Part shown: positions 57,347-64,000 of the stretch, piece after piece
Position numbering within the stretch: position 1 is the first letter of the stretch
How the letters are laid out: every line of letters starts with the position of its first letter
Origin: the human T2T-CHM13v2.0 reference genome, Homo sapiens
NCBI RefSeq assembly: GCF_009914755.1
Contig: NC_060927.1
Reading direction: 5' to 3' (one strand)
Length of the DNA: 64,000 nucleotides
Translations under genes and position numbers: made by a program
Notes under the pieces: model-generated
What the model was told of the DNA's origin: nothing
The model's database searches: none
What the model saw: only the letters and a program-made list of their open reading frames with translations

Positions 57347-59284
57347 TCCATAGAATTTTGAGTTAGCTCATTTGGACTTCACAACCATTCTGTGAGCTCA
57401 GCCAGGTGGCAGTTATTCTCTTTGCTTGACAAATGGTGAGCTGGGCCAAGGGAGGTTCAGACCTTTGCCCAAGGCCACACAGCTTGTGTGTGGCAGAGCC
57501 GAATCTGGAGTCGGTATCCCTGAGCACTGATGCCCTGGGCCTGGCTTCTTGCCAAGGGAGCACATTGATGACACATGTGAGACAGGAAACCAGTCCATTC
57601 TGTCACTAGGACTTTGTCATACATCCCATTTCTAGTGTGTTGGGCCTCAGGTAGAGCTGATGCCTTCCTTCTCCATCTGTAATGATGGTCCCCGGGCCCA
57701 GTGGGAAAAACAGCTGGTGGAGTTTCTGCTTGGTGGATAATGAGCAGTGTGACCTTGAGTGTGCTGCTTTTCTAATGTTGGCTTCAGTCTCTTCATCTGC
57801 AAAATGAGACCTGGGAATAATAGATTGAAGTCTTTGCAGCTTGAAAATATTATGATTCTGTGACATTTCAAGTGAAAAGAGCAACCTCAACAAAGCAGGG
57901 AAAAAAACATGGAATGCGAATTGCTGCTCCACCAGCTAGCATCAAGTGAAGTTACAGCCTGACCAGTTAATTCATGCACAATTGTTAATGATTAGGAGCA
58001 GTCTCTCAGGTTACCTACTCATTCGAGACTGTCCCCACTGACCCCTCTAGCCCTTTCATTTTCTAAGCTCCTTAAGGAAATTGTCTTGCATGCAGTTTTA
58101 ATTTTCCTAGTGAGTGAGCAAATTAAAGTGTTCTGCAAGAAACACTTTAATCTTTGGGGTTGGCAAGTCCTAGATACCCAACTCAGACAGGCTCACGGGC
58201 CTGTCTGATAAAAGGGGACTTTATTGGCTGAAGAACGGGGGTCCAGGAACAGGCTTCCAGCTCCAGCACTCGGCGTGCCGCCCTCAACGTGCTGGAGCCT
58301 GCCCTGTCCCATCAGTCATGCTCGGCTTTCCCTTGCTGGCTTCGTTCTCAGGCAGGCTGGTCCTGGGCACCGGCTTGGAGAGCCCAGTAGCTCCACACTG
58401 TCGTCCCATCACTCAGCACCCCGCAGAAAGGGAGCTCTGCCTTCCCAGCACTTCAGGAACAGTCACTGGATGGTCTCCCTGAGTCCCAAGCTTGGGGATG
58501 GAATTTGACTGTCCAGGCCCATGTTGAGCTGTCCCTGAAGCCAGGGGACATTCCAGACCAAAAAGAGAGGAGGAATGTCCCCCAGAGTAGAATTGAGGTG
58601 CTATTAACAGAAAGAGAGCATGAGACAACAGTACTGTGCTTGAGTAGGGAACACTCATAAAGTGCCTATACTTCATATGTCATTTTCACTTGGATTTTTT
58701 TTTAACCTCACAGCAACCTGATGAAATCTGTAAAAGCAGGCATGATTAGATCACTGTTTTACAGCTAAAGAAGCTGGCTGACAGAGATTTAAAAGTGGCT
58801 CTAAATGACATAGTGGCAGAGCTAAATCTCAAATCTGAGAGTTCTACTTCAAGATCTGCTGCTCCCCTCAATACAAAGTCCTTCATTAGGCTACTTTAAT
58901 TATCATTGCCGTAATCAATTTTGGAGAAAGCAGACCGACCGAGCAGCTGTCTGCTGGGACCTGGAGCTGGTTCCTGTACAGCGAAGCCTTGTTGTGATTG
59001 TGTCTGCTGTAGAATGATTTGACCTTCTGGGTCATTGCCCACACATCAGGTGTATCCATGTCCTTAGGATGGGCCGATAGCTGTGGAGCCTGTGGACAGA
59101 GCAACAAAGAGAGCACTTTTACTTAGACACCAAAACAAAAGCCTTGTCATTCTTGTTCTGTGCTAGTAATAAATATCAACATATAAAAATTTAAAACAGC
59201 AATTAAAAGAAGAAAATAAAAATCACCTATAATCCAGTCATTCAGTCAGTGAATGTTAACGTTTTGGACTATCTCTTTCTGGAC

Positions 59285-59752
<468 letters not shown>

Positions 59753-60303
59753 TCTTTCCAGACTTTTTTTTTTTCCTTTATAGGACATATATAAAAATAT
59801 GCTTTTACAAAAAATGGACAATAGTGGACACTGTGGTATACACATCTTGCTGTTTCACTTAGAAACCTCTTTCCAAGCCAGCACACACAGCTCTGCAGCC
59901 TGTTCAAGGCTGCCATGGTCTCCCAGTATAAGGCGGGTCTATCATTTCTTTGGGCAGTCCCCTGCCATGTGGGTGCTGGACCCCAGTCTTCTGCTACATG
60001 GACTGTGCCATGATGGGGATCTATAAAGCCACATGACTGTGAGCGTCCCTAATCGTCTCCTTAGGGTACCTTTCCAGAAGTGAGATTGTAGGTTCAGAAT
60101 ATTTGTCTTTAAAGCTTCTCGTTCCTGTGACTCAGTAGCTCTCCAGAAATGTGGCCTGCTTTCCTTCCCATCCCTCACCCTTCCAATACTAGGCATGAAT
60201 GACTTTGAATGTATACATATACTTGTCAGGTTGGTAGTCCAAAGATTTTGGCATTTTGCAGTTTACTTTATATTCCTTTGATGACTATTGAGGTTGACTA
60301 TCA

Positions 60304-60608
<305 letters not shown>

Positions 60609-61294
60609 GTAGTTTTAAGTTATACTAAAACGTCTTCCCTTGCACCTCTGTTTTAGACATATTTATTTTTAATTTTGAGTGTTTTTATATTAACACTCAG
60701 TTGGATAACTGACTTGAGAGTTGTAGTGAGGGGACAATTTTCAGTGACTTGACATTAACCTAAAGGGACATTTAAAGTGATCTTTCAAGGGCTCTGGCCC
60801 TTATGCCTGTTTTAATTCTGTCTCTTGAATAGAAGAATCAGTTCATTGATATTTCAGCCTGTGCTGAAGTTCATCCCTGGGATTATGGCTGCCCTGAGAG
60901 ATAGAAGTAAAGTCCAGAGTGACTTCGATAAACTGGGGAAAGAAACCTATACAGAACTGTGATGAAATATAGGAGGGAAAAATGATCTATTTAGGGAACA
61001 AAGCCAGCACCATAATGAGTTTAAAAGAAAGCGGAGAAATAAGGCCTAGGGGACCCAGGCCTGGGGCTTCATCAGGGTGAGCTGGAGCTGCATCTGAGCC
61101 AGCACCAACCCATCACAGGGGGCGCGGGAGAGCTCAGCTTACCAGCTGTGATAAATGACAGTAGTGCCACTGGAGTGGAGAAACCCCTTTACATTTTGCA
61201 TCAATTAGTCTCAAGTTAGTGAATCTTGTTCAGTTTTCAATAGTTCATTCAGCAAATATTTACTGTGTACCCCCTGTGCTGATTTTGTAACACT

Positions 61295-61620
61295 CTTTTT
61301 TGTTTTTTGTTTGTTTTTTTTGTTGTTGTCGTTGTTGTGACGGAGTCTTGCTCTGTCGCCCAGGCTGGAGTGCAGTGGTGCGATCTCGGCTCACTGCAAG
61401 CCCCGCCTCCTGGGTTCACACCATTCTCCTGCCTCAGCCTCCTGAGTAGCTGGGACTACAGGCACCCACCACCACACCCAGCTAATTTTTTTTTGTATTT
61501 TTAGTAGAGACGGGGTTTCACCGTTTTAGCCAGGATGGTCTCCATCTCCTGACCTCGTGATCCACCCACCTCAGCCTCCCAAAGTGCTGGGATTACAGGC
61601 GTGAGCCACCGCGCCCAGCT
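61295..61620 (-). mobile_element. AluY-like
   Basis: Alu consensus with Y-type CACCATTCTCC and GACCTCGTGATCC. Confidence 0.88.
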
Positions 61621-61644
61621 GTAATACTCCTAAAACTGTGGTGA

Positions 61645-61965
<321 letters not shown>

Positions 61966-64000
61966 TCACAAGAGAAGGATGAAAACAGAAAGGTTGAGAA
62001 TAAAGAATAATTACAGTTGTTTAGCCCCAGGAAAAGAAGCTAGGTTTAGGGGCAACTAAGAGACTATGTACATTGTTTCCTCTGAAGGCGGTGCTAGCAG
62101 GTGCTGCTCACTTACCAGATGAAACAGAGATGGACTTGAGTTGTAAAGGAACCATCACAGCTGGGTTTAGGCAAATGGGGGTGTAGGGGTAAGTCAATAA
62201 CACAGAAATGCCTCTCTAAAGAGACCCAGCCATATTCTTGAAGATAATTGCCAGCCCATCTTCTCTAGACTCACCAGTGCCTGCCAGAGGGCTGAGGCCT
62301 CGTCAGGTAGCCTCCTGTGGTCCCTTCCCGTGTTAGGACCCTGACCCTAACCACGGATACACCTGCCGTGAGCTGGGCTGTGTGGATGCTGAGAGGAGCA
62401 GAGAACATGGAGTGTGACAGAAGGAAAGTGTGCCTTCTGTGGGCTGGGTGTTTTGCATTCCTGATGCCACTTCATCTTTGTAACAACCTGAGGTATTAGC
62501 CTCACATCATGGAGAGGTGGGTGTGTGGCACACAGAGGCAAGTGGCCACCCAGAATTCCAGCCCATGCCTCCAGAACCCTGAAGCTTGGCCTGGGGCTCT
62601 TAACGCCAGCCACTCTTGTGATTCAAGCCCAGCTTTAAGGAGGTTGGCTGCGGCCACAAAGGTACGGGCAGACTGGGGAGAGGTCATGATTCTGCTTGTC
62701 AGCTTGCTCCTGTCCAGCATCCCAAGCCAAGCCCGGGTGCTGGACTAAATGACCAGGATGTGTCAAAAGACACTGGCTTTAACCACACAAGAGTCTAAGA
62801 GTCTTACAACTTTACAACTGTGACAAGTCTAGCATCACAACTTAGAGCAAGAATCCTCCTCTCCTGGGCTCCCTCATGTGGAAAAGGCGAGAGATGGGCC
62901 CTTTGCTCTTGCAGGGCCTCTGTCTACCTGTAAAATCCCTGAGTCTGGGATTTGGAGACCCAACTGTTCTGAGGGCTCTGGGGAACATGTGGTTTCTGTT
63001 TAGAGCCACCAGGGGGGGCTGTGACTTCACAGTGCCATTCCCAGCAGTTCTGGGAGGGTCGGGAGCCCAGGAGCCTAAGTGTTATCCTGCAATCAATCCA
63101 GGAGGTCCTCCAGGGCTCTCCTGTGCAACGAGGGGGTCTGCCCCAGGTGTCTTCTGAGCTGCAGCTTAGACATTCGTGGCCTCCCATGCTCCGAGGCCCA
63201 GCCCGAGCCTCTCCCTGGAGGGCTTGAGCCTTGGATGACCTTTCTCATCCTTCAGTGCCCCAGCTCTTCCTGAGGACAGGGATGAATCCATGGAGCCAGC
63301 CCTTAGACTTCCACGTGTCTCCAGTGTGTCTCCCGGGCGGCTCGGCTTCCTCACACCTGTGTCCAGGTGTGGGGCTCTAGAGGTACACCTTGGTCCCAGA
63401 CACGCTTTTGGGGTTTGGCTACAAACTAAAAGGGCTTCGTGGAGGGACCCTTCTCCTGAGCCTGAAGTGGATGGGGTAGGAAGGGATTCCCTGGAGCGCT
63501 CAGCTGGTCAGACCCTCCCTCTGGAATCAGAGCTGTCCACGGCAGCAGGGCTGAGGGTGTGGGCATCAAGGACTTGCCCTGGGTCACTGAGGGCAGGCTG
63601 GGAGGGCAGGTAGCCCTGTCATGTGTCCCCTCTCTCCTCCCTCTCCTCTTGCCTCTCCCCTCTCTTTACTCTCCTCATCTTCATCTCCCTCCTTTTCCTG
63701 CTCAGCTTCACTTCTTTGTTTCTCTTCTTCCATTCCCAATTTGATCCTTTTTCACCTCCAAAGTGCCTGCTGAGGCTTCCTCTCCCCTCTCAATGCAGCG
63801 AGTCCCTAGAAGCCTGATCTGTATTCCTTGGACACCTGAGTGGGAAAAGCACCTTCCTCCCTGTCTCTCAAAACTGTCTCACCTGCTTCAGGGCGGTGTG
63901 GCTCCTTCCTGCCACAGGGCTCTGCGCTCTCAGCCAGGATAGCCTGCCCTGTCCCTTGCCATGTTTCTATTCCCCTCTTGACAGCTCAAGCATGTTCGCT

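Overview
Human genomic DNA, recognisable as the 3q21 TPRA1-MCM2-PODXL2 locus. It contains the complete 16-exon MCM2 gene on the + strand. I assembled the CDS by hand: 2715 nt = 904 aa plus stop, all introns GT-AG. It also contains the first two coding exons of PODXL2/endoglycan (+ strand) and a CpG island with a probable non-coding first exon of TPRA1 (- strand, gene name inferred from synteny). The rest is dense in retroelements: about 40 Alus (including near-consensus AluYb8-type and AluYa5 copies with intact TSDs), a solo LTR3/HML-6-like LTR, a decayed ERVL pol relic, MaLR LTRs, and L1/MIR/MER5 fragments. Almost all ORFs in the supplied track are GC-island, antisense or Alu artefacts. I see no convincing new biological system. 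The most useful leads are the young, possibly polymorphic Alus, the palindrome-rich MCM2 promoter, a 101-bp duplication with a microsatellite in only one copy, composite Alus sharing one TSD, and a very closely spaced inverted Alu pair. Repeat boundaries and older subfamily calls were made by eye and are approximate.
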